Below, piece by piece: positions 1 through 11,765 of a DNA stretch of 36,635 nt. Origin of the DNA: Conidiobolus incongruus B7586 (lineage: Eukaryota). The DNA is taken from the NCBI GenBank assembly GCA_000697335.1, contig JNEM01010931.1, forward strand, positions 1 through 36,635, read 5' to 3'. The translations under genes were made by a program, and so were the position numbers. Within the stretch, counting starts at the first letter, position 1; each line of letters opens with the position of its first letter. The notes under the pieces were generated by a model. The model had not been told where the DNA came from. It searched no databases and saw only the letters and a list, made by a program, of their open reading frames with translations.

Positions 1-59
1 AAGTAAATATCTATCATATTGATTATTTTGCATCTACTCATCTCCATTATCAATCATAG

Positions 60-689
60 ATCTCTGTTCCTCACTCTGAAGCCGTTGCCCTTGCTGAAAG
101 ATTATTAAAGAATAGTGATGTCAAGCTCGCCGGTTTAGGTGCTCGTGACAGTTTGAGACTGGAAGCTGGTCTCTGCTTGTACGGTAATGATTTGGATGAA
201 ACTATCTCCCCCATCGAAGGTACCTTATTATGGACTATTGGCAAGCGTCGTCGTCAAGAAGGCGGTTTCTTGGGTGCTGACAAGATCTTACCCCAAATCA
301 AGGGTGGTGTCTCCAAGAAGCGTGTTGGTTTGATTGTGCAAGGTGCTCCTGCCAGAGGTATATGATCCAAATCGCCCTTTAATCACATTGCTAATACTAA
401 CTAATTTTTCTATAGAAAATGCTATCATTTACGATCTTGATGACAACGAAATTGGTATTTTCTAAATTTTACATTCTAAATAATCAATAATTAATCTGAA
501 CTTTTAGGTCGCGTCACCAGTGGATGCCCCTCCCCCATCCTCAAAAAGAACATTGCTATTGGCTATGTCAACACTCTCTTCGCCAAAGCTGGTACTGAAT
601 TGAAAGTTAAGGTCCGCTCCAAGGTCTCTCCTGCTCAAGTAGTTAAGATGCCTTTCGTCCCTTCCAACTACTACAAAGTCACTAATTAA
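60..689 (+). CDS. GCV1: Glycine cleavage system T protein (aminomethyltransferase), 3' part; exons 60-357, 416-454, 508-689; gene begins upstream of the window
   Basis: Spliced translation [100 protein letters not shown] introns 3-59, 358-415, 455-507. Confidence 0.95.
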
Positions 690-1599
690 AAAAAATAAAA
701 TAATAGGAATTGAATATTCATAATAATATCAACTATATTCCCGATTAATTTATGTTTTATTAATTCTTTATATTATTTCATTATCTTTATTTTTAATAAA
801 TAAATAATTGTTAGTGATTTAATTGTGATCAAATTCTTGTTATTTAAAAGCTAGTCATCTGTATAAAAGTATCAAATTTTTCTAAAAATCATTAAAGTTA
901 AATTTTTGATAAAATCCAATAAATACTAAATGACAAAATGACCGTATAATTTAAGATTATTGATTTAATTAAAATTATTATCATATTAACATTGATATTT
1001 AAATAACTCAAAATTTTTTAATAATTTAGAAATTCCAAAGATGTATATAAACATTATCAAATTTGTATCTAAACTTGGAATATATTATATTATTCATTGA
1101 TATTATAAGGTAATTTGAAGCTGTATGAATTGAAAATAAATTTCAATCATAATAATGTTTAGAATTGTCTAATATTATACAATGCAATTAAAAATAGATT
1201 TTATACATAATTAGTTTTTTATTTTGTTAATGTAATATCAATCATTGAAAGCTTATCCCTTTTAGTCAGATGAAGATAATTATTAAATTAAAATTCGCTA
1301 TGTAATTATAAATAATTACATTTTTAAATTATTATTTTCATAATAACATAATCAATTGAAGATTTTATTTCTATTCAATAAATATAGAAATTAAATAAAA
1401 TTAATTCTATTTTTTCGTTTTTGTTGGTAAATAGAAAAAATAGCTTGGTAAATGATATTTAATATATTTTTGCTTCTCAAAAATTTAAGAATGATTTAAA
1501 AATTTAATTAAACAATATAAGTATCATAGGATGTTATAAAAATACAACATAGAAGGACATATATAGTATTTATATTTTACCTGATACTATATTAATTAC

Positions 1600-2720
1600 T
1601 GATTAAATATTGAGATAAATTGTTAACCAAACCATGTTTGTCCCACAATAAATCAATCTAAAAATTTTTAATATGATTTTGAAGCAAATTTCCCCATTTT
1701 AACAGTATAATCCAATATTTTTAACAGGTGTATTATTATAATCAGTGAGTAAATCAATTAATGTAATAATGTTTGTAAATATTATGAATTTTAATTCGCT
1801 TTATTGAAATAAAAACAGTTTATGTATTTTTATTATTGATTTATTTATCATCAAATATAATTTTTCAATAAAATATTTAGATATCTAGAATAAAATCATT
1901 TCTATCTTGTATTTGAGATTTGTAATTAATATAAATAAAATTCAGAATTTATATGTATTAAATATCAATACCAAAATAGTAAAATATAACCTATATATAT
2001 ATATATAAATCAAATAAATTTTACTGAAACAATCAAATATATTAATTAAAACCATAATAGCATACATTTTGAGGAAACATGAGCAAGTATAGTTAATAAT
2101 TGATAGTCTGAGACAGATTTATTATTTTCAATTGGAAATAACTGTATTTGGAAGAATAGAGGTAAGTTAATGCACAATAAGTAGAAATCTAAACCTAAGC
2201 TGTATGAGGATGGTGATTTGGAAAATAGTTGATTTAAAGTTGAAGTTAAAGTATATTTAGTACTAAATGTGTATATAATTAAAAAAAATAATCAATTTGA
2301 ATTGAGATCGCTTAGGATAAAAGTTGTACAAAATATTGATTAATTCAACTTAAGAATAATTAGATCCGTAAACAAAATAATAAGCCCAAGAGAAATGGAG
2401 AAAAGATCCAAAGATTTGTGAAAAAAAAATAGTTGGAGAAAAGTGGTTGTCAAAAGAATGAAGATCGGGAGATTATAAATGTAGAAAACTCAGCGCAAAA
2501 AATAATTTATAGACCACTCCTAGGTTCTATAAATCTTGTGATAGTTATAGCTCAATAATTCCGAGAATAACAAGTTATTTAGGTGAAATTGGTAGCAAAT
2601 ATTGTCTGAGAGATCTATAACTAAAAACGAATCAAATTGTTAGGATTAATATAAATCTAAAATATATTTTGAATTTATCAACTTGAGATACCAAACCTGA
2701 TACTATGTTAAAGAGAATAA
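1600..2720 (+). pseudogene. Probable heavily decayed coding relic, possibly F-box/LRR-like
   Basis: More G-rich than flanking DNA, with short protein-like fragments broken by many stops and frameshifts; no intact ORF; boundaries approximate. Confidence 0.25.
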
Positions 2721-2854
2721 AAAGAACCGGAATTTTAATAAATTAGGTTAGTAAAACTGAAGAATTTCGGTGATCAGCTTGACCAAGGCATGTAGGTATT
2801 GGTACAGGTTAGGATTTATTACCCATAGCTTTTAGGTACAAAGTTTGATTTAAC

Positions 2855-3277
2855 TTAAACGACGGTACCGGAAGCGGAGGCAATTCTGGGCCATAAATCG
2901 GCGCACTCCTTACCGACGGGACCAGTGATGGCAGATCCCTTCATTTCACCCTTAACGTTGACAATAACACCAGCGTTATCTTCGAAGTAAAGATAGACAC
3001 CATCCTTACGGCGCCAGCTCTTGCGTTGACGAATGACGACGGCGGGCATAACCTTCTTACGGAGATCGGGCTTACCCTTCTTGACAGTGGCCAAAACCAT
3101 GTCACCGACACCAGCGGAGGGAAGTCTGTTGAGTCTTCCCTTAATACCGGTAACGGAGATGATGTACAAGTTCTTAGCACCAGAGTTATCGGCACAGTTG
3201 ATGATGGCACCAACGGGTAAACCTAAGGTCATATGGAATTTGTTTCCAGAAGCTCCTCCTCTTCCACGCTTGGACAT
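2855..3277 (-). CDS. RPL23: 60S ribosomal protein L23 (uL14); CDS intronless
   Basis: [76 protein letters not shown], the typical eukaryotic uL14 sequence. Confidence 0.98.
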   Translation of the reverse strand: MSKRGRGGASGNKFHMTLGLPVGAIINCADNSGAKNLYIISVTGIKGRLNRLPSAGVGDMVLATVKKGKPDLRKKVMPAVVIRQRKSWRRKDGVYLYFEDNAGVIVNVKGEMKGSAITGPVGKECADLWPRIASASGTVV

Positions 3278-4021
3278 TTTAGCTTAATTAATCACAAATA
3301 AAAAAAGAAAGAATACAATCTAATTGAATAAGGGGATGCCTTATTGATTTTGTGATGTTTGAGAGGATTTAAAAATTTAAGATTTAAATTATTTTATTAA
3401 ATCAAAATTTTTTTTGTGAAAATATGGGATTATGAAAATCATTTTGTTAAGTTATTTGAACATTTGAATTAAAAACGAATATTTTTTTTTCAGTAATTTA
3501 TATTTTGATATCGAATTGTATTATATTTTTAATATATGATATTTTTTATTTATGAATTTATTTTACATTTTGTTTATTAGCAATTTTAATTTTTTAAAAT
3601 ATTTACTATTCTTTAAATGTCATTGTAGAATATTCCTTATTGAATTTTAGCAATTAATGAATGTAAAATAATCTTTGATGCTAGAGAAAATATTAAATAT
3701 ATAATAATTGCTCTTTTATCCCATTTTATATTTTAGATATTAGCGTTTTTCATAATATATAGTTTTTAGTATAAAGTATAATTTCATTATATCATCATAC
3801 TTCACACAAATTATATTTCGCAAAAAATTTTCTTTTGATCAGCCAAAAATTGTTTTTGTTTCCATTTACAAACAAAATTGGATTCAAAAGGGATTATGTC
3901 ATTGCTTTTGGAAAACAAACCATAACATTCATTAAATGCTAGCAAACTATAAAAGTGACCATCATTTTCAATATTAATAATAACCTTCACATTGTTTATT
4001 TATTACTAAAAAATATTAAAT

Positions 4022-5108
4022 ATGCCGACAATTAAAATTTTGAGTAAAAAAGAAACTGAACAAATTTTGAAAAATTTATCATTTGATGATATTATTAGCT
4101 CAAGCTTGAGAGCTTTTTATTCTCATTCTAATAACTTGACAGATTCCCCTCATAGAATCTCCATTAGTCCCGAAAATTTCGTCTCCTTATTTATGCCTTC
4201 GGTTATTAAAGACTGTGGCGCAGTTTGTAAAATTGTTTCTATTCCTAAGAAGGGATCCAAAGGCTTGGCTTCTTCTACTGTCGTATTTGACGAAGAAGGG
4301 TCCGTTCAATGGTTGGTCAATTCTGAATTGTTGACAGCTGTTAGGACTGCTGCAGGTAAATAAATCAGGTACTTTCATGTTGATTATTTTTTTCTAAACA
4401 TTTTTTAAATTAGGTTCTGCTTTGACTGCTAAATTATTTGCTCAAAAAGAATCCGAAACATTGACCGTTTTTGGTTCAGATATTCAAGCAGAATATCATA
4501 TTCGCTTAGTTTCTCAAGCATGCCCCAATATCAAGCGCGTAAATCTCATCAATCGAACTCTCTCAAGGGCCCAAGAACTCGTTGATAAATTAAAGAAGGA
4601 GATCAAGCTTGAATTTAACATATTAACTCAGTCCCAAGATCCTTCAGCAATTAATTCCATTAAAGAAGCTGTCCAAAATTCTCAAGTTATTTGCACATGT
4701 ACTCCATCTCTTGAACCCATCGTTTTTGGAGATTGGATTGCTCCCAATACTCACATTTGTAGTGTTGGTTCATATACTCCAGAAATGCACGAATTTGACA
4801 ATAAATTAGTCGAAAGGTGTAAGATAGTATTAGTCGATTCCATCGATTCTGCCAATATTGAAGCAGGCGAGTTAATTTACGCTCAAAAAACTGGCGTCGA
4901 TTTTACAATGACAGAAATTGGCAAAATGGTTGATATCGAATCCAACTCAATCATGCTAAATGAAATTTTATCTCAAGATTCCAATAATTCCTCAAAAAAT
5001 CTCACTTTGTTCAAGAGTGTAGGCATTCCATCTCAAGATGTCACCATTACTTTGACAATCGTTACATTAGCTAAACGTTTGAAATTGGGAACTGAAGTCG
5101 AATTTTGA
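4022..5108 (+). CDS. Ornithine cyclodeaminase/mu-crystallin family protein; exons 4022-4355, 4414-5108
   Basis: Motifs LFMPS, LTAVRTAAGSA (joined across intron 4356-4413), ICTCTPSLEP, HICSVGSYTPEMHE, EAGEL, TLFKSVGIPSQD. Confidence 0.9.
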
Positions 5109-5575
5109 TTCTAGCTAATAAAAATTGTTATTTGTTTTAAAATATATTCTTATTTACTATTTACTGAATTCATAATACATTTTATTATTTAATTATTCCT
5201 ATATTTAAAAAATTTAGAATAATTCAATGATTTTTGCTCTCATTCAATATTATTTTTATTCCTAAATTTGTCATAATTAAAATTGATTAATTATTATCAA
5301 CGAATTTTCAATTAAATAAAAATAAATATATCCTACAAATAATATGTTTATTTGATATTATCATTTAATTAAAAATTGTTTGAATAATCAGGATATTTAC
5401 TTTTATATATTACCAAATCTGGTAATGATAAAATCAATCTCATAGCAAAATTAATAATTTCATCAACATTAAAATGAAGTCACCCATACTTTTTAATTTA
5501 TTTTAAAAATGTAAAAATTCCATTGTATTCAACGTTCATCACCGCTATTCTCTCACTTTCACTAAATCATATAGA

Positions 5576-7037
5576 ATGCAATACTACAATTATATCAATC
5601 CAATAATCTATCTACCACTATGGCTATAAACTCTAATTCAAATTAAAATTTATTCCAATCCAATACTAACAAAACTATACAGATACTTAAAATGTATATT
5701 AAGTTTGAATAATTATTTTAACACTGAAATTGTTAGAATTTGTCAACTGAACGAATTTTATTCAAAGGATAAAAAATTTGAGAGACTGGAAAAGTTTTTA
5801 ACTTTGGAAGGAAATATTAGGTTGTGTCCTTGGACGGTTGTTAATTTAGGTAAATGAACATAATATTAGAATTATTATTGGATTATATTCATATTAATTA
5901 ATTAGAGCGTTGTTTAAATAATTCTAATCAATTATTGGTAAGTAATATAAATATAAATTAATCATTTAATAAATCTTCAATTTTACTAATATATATACAA
6001 TTTTTCAGAGAGAGAAGAAACAATTACAAAGTAGTCATCCTCTAATTGAAGAAATTTTCAAAAACATTTTGATTAAAAAACAATTTCCAAATTTGGCACA
6101 TCCAAAAACGTAACTATCCTATACATATACCATTGATTAATGAATAATGTTAGTTATATTCGATAGACGAGAAGCTATAATTCTCCATAAAAGTATTGAA
6201 TTAATGTTTGAATATAATCAATTATCGTCAGAAATTAAAGGTTTAGCTAAGATTAAGTATAATTCGCAGGATTTTAATCATGAGACGAAATTACTAAAAG
6301 TAATTAATATACTTATATCAATATTGGAACAAATATTAACTATATATTTTTAGGTTTGGAATAATTTGATACCAGATGAGGAATTGAGTAATAGATATGG
6401 CAATCAATGGCAAAGGTTAGGATTTCAGGGCGAAGATCCAGCAACCGATTTTAGAGGCATGGGTAATATCATTATACCTTTCAATTATTACCCTTGATAC
6501 ATTAATATAATATAATAGGTATTTTGGGATTAGAAAATTTGCTTTACTTTTCAGAAAATTATCAAGAATTGAGTAAAAAAATATTAAAGGATTCTCAAGA
6601 TAAAAGCTATTGGTAACAAATAACTTCAATAATTATAATTTTACTAATATCTGATTAGGTATCCATTAGCCATAGTCGGTATTAACATCACCTCATATTG
6701 CTTGGATTTAATAGCAAACCGTCATCTAAATTTTCATTTCTATAAATATGGCGTTAATTTAGACCAATTTAACGAATTTTATTGTAATGAAAGCAATATA
6801 ATCCATAAATATCTTTAACTAAATATTTCAATAGGTTACTGCTTATATTCCTTCAATGAATTTTGGCTACAGAGTCAATTAACCCCATTTTTAAATGGTA
6901 AACCCTTTACAGTGATGGATTTTGAAAGGGCTTTCGAATTGTTTAGAGATAGAGAATTTTATAAGATTATTAATTATGATCCCACTCATTTGAAGGGTAT
7001 TTTAGTAAATTATGACAAATTGAAAAAATTGGAATAA
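5576..7037 (+). CDS. ELMO/CED-12 domain protein (ELMOD-like Arf/Arl GAP), 8 coding exons; in-frame TAA at 5627-5629 in this model
   Basis: Introns 5850-5905, 5938-6008, 6110-6166, 6300-6353, 6463-6518, 6613-6658, 6784-6834 give HETKLLKVWNNL..QWQRLGFQGEDPATDFRGMGILGLENLLYF..WYPLAIVGINIT..FNEFYCYCLYSFNEFW..TVMDF, the ELMO-domain signature. Confidence 0.85.
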
Positions 7038-7199
7038 AATTATTATTATTATTATTGAAGTAATTAATAAAATGATTAATATTTATTATGATGAGTCAAA
7101 ATGAAATGAACGTTTTTTGATCATATTAATTAAATTAAAATGAAATTAATAATCATCATTATGTTATTCTTTTAATTTGTCCCGGTCGAGTCAACTTAC

Positions 7200-8199
7200 T
7201 CAGCGGCGTCTTAAATTCACTGATTTCACTCTAGTATGAGTCGGTGTCGTAGATAATGTCTCAGGCAATGTAGGAGGTGGACTCAACTGCCTCTCGGGCG
7301 AACTCTGCAACGAAAAATCTCGAATCCTTTCGAAAGGTTGCAATAGCACCATCCTAATAATTGCGATAATAATCTCCGTCATATACAACCACGCCACCGG
7401 ATGTTTTTGATGTAAATGATATGCCGTAATATGGTAAAAACGATAATTCAAAATATTGTCCTGTAAAATATTTAACAGATGTTGATAACGATATTTTGAA
7501 TTATCCAACTTTGGAAATTGAGGTAGTGGAAACGCGCTCCAAACAATAATTTCAAAAATATCTTCCGGAAACTCGATCAATGACTCGGGTACTGGATTCG
7601 GTACCTCGATATTCAAAGCTTTCAGAGTTTCTACAAGAGCTTGAATGGCAACCTTCTGCCTGTTGGGATGATTCTGAGGCAATTGATGGTATCCTAAATA
7701 CTTCCTAGGGGTATCCAGCACCGAAAGCCCCTGTTGGAAGGTATCCGATCCGAAACTGGTATTCGGTGTCTGCAACCCTTATCCTGGTCCAAATCTAGCA
7801 ATCGATCCGTAAACGTATCCAAACTCTGCAACTCTCCCGAGAATATCCTCTTAGGCGACAGTTGGTTTAGATTTATGTTGAAGTGTTTTTCCAAATTGCG
7901 AATTAATTTATAAATGTGATTGATTGTCAGAGGACCTTGTAGAGTTGAGTCGATACTTTTGATAGTGTAGTTTTGTACCCAATATATCCATAGCCCTTCC
8001 GGTAGTTCTTTCAAACTCGTTATTGGGGATGAGAATTCTGTTCTGGTAATAAAATAATTGATTTTGCTAATGACTTTAAATAATTAAAATATTTATATTT
8101 GTAATAATATGTTTAATTACCATAATCTCTAATATATTCATTTTCCATTGTAGTAGTATTATGATTAATTGAATGATTAGATATTGATATTGTTGACAT
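7200..8199 (-). CDS. Hypothetical protein with two tandem calponin-homology-like (DUF5745/CEP95 N-terminal-like) repeats; intron 8074-8120; apparent frameshift near 7780
   Basis: ATG at 8199 plus a GT-AG intron reads in frame into ORF 7694-8014 (MENEYIRDYVISKINYFITRTEFSSPITSLKELPEG..); ORF 7200-7775 continues in the -1 frame; both halves share a similar helical pattern; domain identity is recalled, not searched. Confidence 0.55.
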
Positions 8200-8480
8200 A
8201 TTTATTATTATTTATTCATAATATTTTATTTAATATTCAATTCAGTTCTCTGCCAATTTGAATTATTTAATTTAAGGGAAAGTTTAATTTAAAAATTTGG
8301 GATTATATTTAATTGATTTATTAGTATTAGGATGTTTAAATCAAAAAAGTCTATAATACAAAACATATAGAGCTAATTGTTGCATGAATTATAGTTTATT
8401 ATTCTATTAATCTTAATAATCAATTCATATAAAATAAATATTTTTATTTAATTTTAAATAGCTAAAAATACAGCTATATG

Positions 8481-9056
8481 TTATTGAGAGGGAGGTTTCA
8501 ATATCAGTTTAATCTTCTTAACAGTATTGGATCCGGGAGGCCTTATTAATAAGTTAGTAGGTTTCGAACTGTAAACTCCCTTAACGTTAGGCAACTCCCA
8601 TCTTACTCTTAGTCTTCTTCCCACTCTTAGTCTTTGGCTGATGATCTATCATACCGTTAATATTAAATATGTATATATAATATGTTATATTAAATACCTT
8701 TTAATAATTTGTGTAAAAGTTCACTGCCCTTAATATAACGTTCCTGAAATTCTTTATCTTGAGTTAGAGAATATTTTTGGAACGTCAGTTTGTTTATAAA
8801 AGTTTCTGAAGTTATTAAATTATTGGCTTGATATTTTCTAAATTATATTTAGTAATATTATAAATTTAAAATGAATAATACATATTTTAATTACGTTACG
8901 AAGGGTAATTTATTAGGGTCTTCAGAGTTATATATCTGACTAAAAAATGTTTAATAATTATGGAACAATATTATAAAGTGATATAAATTACAGATTGGAA
9001 TTCTTTTTACCAGAACTATTATCTCTTTTATTATTTACAACTTTGGTTTTTGGCAT
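8481..9056 (-). CDS. Small four-exon hypothetical basic protein missed by the ORF track; stops at 8587 as written, or at 8481 if one G of ATGGGAG near 8598 is an extra base
   Basis: Three phase-compatible GT-AG introns give MPKTKVVNNKRDNSSGKKNSNLQIYNSEDPNKLPFVTKYQANNLITSETFINKLTFQKYSLTQDKEFQERYIKGSELLHKLLKDHQPKTKSGKKTKSKMGVA*; shifted frame continues ELPNVKGVYSSKPTNLLIRPPGSNTVKKIKLILKPPSQ*. Confidence 0.6.
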
Positions 9057-9633
9057 AATTTTTTATTAAATTATTAAAACGCTTGTTTTGATTAAAGTTA
9101 AGTGATTGTTAATTAGGTTAAGATAATATTTAAAAATTAGTGCAATTTTATGGGATTCAATATGAGTCAACTAATTTGTAATTCAATTGAATACCCAATT
9201 GTAAATCCTTATTAATTAAAATACTTAATAAACCAATCCATTCAAATAATAAAATCATAAGTAATATAAAAATTGTAATAATTTGGATAAAATAATGAAT
9301 TACAATATTATAATAAAAATTGTTTACGTTATTACGAAAGTGATATTTATACTTAATGCATATCAAATCATATGAGTTTATTTCAGCTGATATATTATTT
9401 TTAATTATATTAATTGTTGAATTGATATAATTAATATTATAAATTTAATTTGGAATATATTTATTAAACTTAAATAATAAATTTTATTGTAACTTATAAG
9501 AATTCGTTTATAAAATATTTGGTTGTAATAATTGATTAGAATTGTTTATATAGAAAAATATTCTTGTTAAGTTAGCGAATTAGAAAACAACCAAAAATAA
9601 AAACAATTATAAATAATATTTAATAAATAAAGT

Positions 9634-10575
9634 TTAAACAGTGGCCCAATCCCTAGTACCTCTGACAACCTCCAAAGTCTTATGCTCTTCGCTATTCTGT
9701 TGAGGATCTACCTGATGATCATAAATCCAAGAAGCATTCAAAGGCATCGATATCAAAATATTTTCAGCTCTGATCCCGGGGGTTTGCAAGCCAAAGTGTG
9801 TACCTCTGTCATAAACTAAATTGAACTCGACATATCGTCCTCTTCTGATATGTTGCCAATGCTTGTGGCTATCATCGAATGGAGTGTCCTTGCGTTTGAG
9901 AACAATTGGCAAATATCCGTCGATGAAGGCACCGGCACACGATTTGACAAACTCGAAAATCTTGTGGGAGTCTTCGCCACTCAAATCATCGAAAAATATC
10001 CCGCCAACTCCGCGGTGTTCCTTTCGGTGAGGAATGTAGAAATATTCATCACACCATTTCTTGAACTTGGGGTAGTAGTCCTTATCGTGTTGATCGCATG
10101 CAGATTTCAGGGAGTTATGGAAATGGATGGCATCTTCTTCAATAACGTAGATGGGAGTTAAATCAGTACCGCCCCCGAACCACCAAGCGACGGGCTTGGA
10201 ATCTTCGGAGTCTTTCAAGGTGACTTCAAAGTATCTGTAATTGAAGTGAATGGTTGGCACGAAAGGGTTTTTAGGATGGAAAATCAACGATAAACCAGTA
10301 GTAAAAAAGGAGTAAGGTCCCTTATCTTCACTCAAGTCCCAACCTCTCGCCTTAAGCTGCTTGATTCTATTTTCAGACAATGTACCATTCACAATAGAGT
10401 GAGTCAACCCAGCCTTTTCAAACAAAGAAGTATCCTGAAGGATATAAAGTGTGCCATGATCGGTAATATCCTTTCGAAATTGAGTACCATCAACTTTTGA
10501 AAAAGTTTCAACTATACTCATTTGTAATTTTTTTAGGAATTCTATCATTCCTTCTCTAATAGTTATATTCGACAT
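9634..10575 (-). CDS. HEM13: Oxygen-dependent coproporphyrinogen III oxidase, intronless, divergent N-terminal region
   Basis: Motifs HPKNPFVPTIHFNYRYFE, WWFGGGTDLTP, YYPKFKKWCDEYFYIPHRKEHRGVGGIFFDDL, RRGRYVEFNLVYDRGT. Confidence 0.93.
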   Translation of the reverse strand: MSNITIREGMIEFLKKLQMSIVETFSKVDGTQFRKDITDHGTLYILQDTSLFEKAGLTHSIVNGTLSENRIKQLKARGWDLSEDKGPYSFFTTGLSLIFHPKNPFVPTIHFNYRYFEVTLKDSEDSKPVAWWFGGGTDLTPIYVIEEDAIHFHNSLKSACDQHDKDYYPKFKKWCDEYFYIPHRKEHRGVGGIFFDDLSGEDSHKIFEFVKSCAGAFIDGYLPIVLKRKDTPFDDSHKHWQHIRRGRYVEFNLVYDRGTHFGLQTPGIRAENILISMPLNASWIYDHQVDPQQNSEEHKTLEVVRGTRDWATV

Positions 10576-11296
10576 ATTTTTTAGTTATTTAATTAATATT
10601 TTTTATCAATTGTATTTTGTGATGATAATTAAATCGTCCCTAGTATTATATTTAAATTCAAATCAATAATTTAATCCAAATGTATGGGATAATTTTAAAT
10701 TACGGGCGGAATAAACAATTCAATTATGAAAAACAATGATATCATAACTTATTATTAGATCCAAAGTATGGATTGATTCAAGTCTAAACGGCAAAATTAT
10801 AATATTAACGTACTATCTGCCAACAATTCCTATCTCTTTGTGTCTTTATCAATTACTAATATCTTTAAAAAAATACTAATTAGGAAATATTTACAAGTTA
10901 GCTATTGATTTATATTGATTATCTAATAAAATTTAAAAATTGAAATTGATTACCTAATTGATTTTATATCATATATCTTTTCAAATTTGAAATTAGAATC
11001 CAAATTCAGTATTTATCAAAATTATTTTCAATTTATTATTTCAATAATATGATCTAAAAGTCATTAAATTTAATATTTGATTAAAGTTTTCATTTAAGAT
11101 CTATGAATCATCAAGTTTGATATTTGATTAAAATAATAAAAAACTATATAATAGTTTGGAAATTATATCAAATTATATGCATCTTAAAATAATAATCAAT
11201 TAATATAAATAAAACTCTAGCAATCTTATATTTTATAAATTATAATTTTTTTATTCCATTTAAATAATTATACATTTAATCTAGGCTAAAATACGA

Positions 11297-11529
11297 TTAA
11301 TGTTTAGATTGGTTATCGCTTTCAATTGGCATCTTATTCTCCAAATAGTCGCTAACTTGAATACCGATTAGAGAGAATACAATACCACCTAATAAAAATT
11401 AATATCATATTGATAAGATATATATATTATCATAGACTTACTGAGACCAAGTATAACTCTAGTGCGCTTTGGTAAAGCTTTGTAACTATCCCAAAAAGTT
11501 TTCTGATGACTTGGTTTATTTTCACTCAT
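11297..11529 (-). CDS. 59-aa single-pass membrane microprotein; exons 11442-11529 and 11297-11388
   Basis: Canonical GTAAGT..TAG intron 11389-11441 (53 nt); MSENKPSHQKTFWDSYKALPKRTRVILGLSGIVFSLIGIQVSDYLENKMPIESDNQSKH*; GC-richer than flanks; one hydrophobic segment. Confidence 0.8.
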
Positions 11530-11765
11530 TTTATTTAATGGGGTTATAAATTATTTGATAATATTAAGGTTTATTTTAACTTCAATATTTATAACATTTG
11601 GATTATTTTGTGGGATTGAGTGATTTCAAGAAAGATAAATCCCATAAAAATTAATTTAAAGGCGAAAATTTTAAATGTAGGTATAACATACACAATATAT
11701 ATTATTTGAAATAATATAATTATCAATTTATTTTTTATTAATTAAAGATAAGAAAACAATATAAA

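Noticed and set aside
2941..3287. Alternative-frame and antisense ORFs over RPL23 (also those over HEM13, CWF19L1, LDH, SDRs, QORs and the secreted proteins)
   Set aside because: Shadows of codon-biased real genes; no recognisable motifs or independent start context
7200..8014. gag/pol-like or antizyme-like programmed frameshift element
   Set aside because: No zinc knuckle, protease, RT or LTR; has a host-type intron and upstream motif; shift is -1 and no antizyme domain is visible
8470..8660. Structured ncRNA suggested by GGGAG/CTCCC complementarity
   Set aside because: Better explained as the last coding exon of a spliced minus-strand gene
8587..9056. SRP9/SRP21 identity for the small hypothetical protein
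   Set aside because: Resemblance limited to one short segment (IYNSEDPNKLPFVTKYQ); the N-terminal helix does not fit
9157..9366. 69-aa minus-strand ORF and similar short AT-rich ORFs (21954-22142, 24731-24937, 27724-27942, 28274-28456, 35296-35517)
   Set aside because: Ile/Asn/Phe/Lys-rich translations expected by chance in ~80% AT DNA
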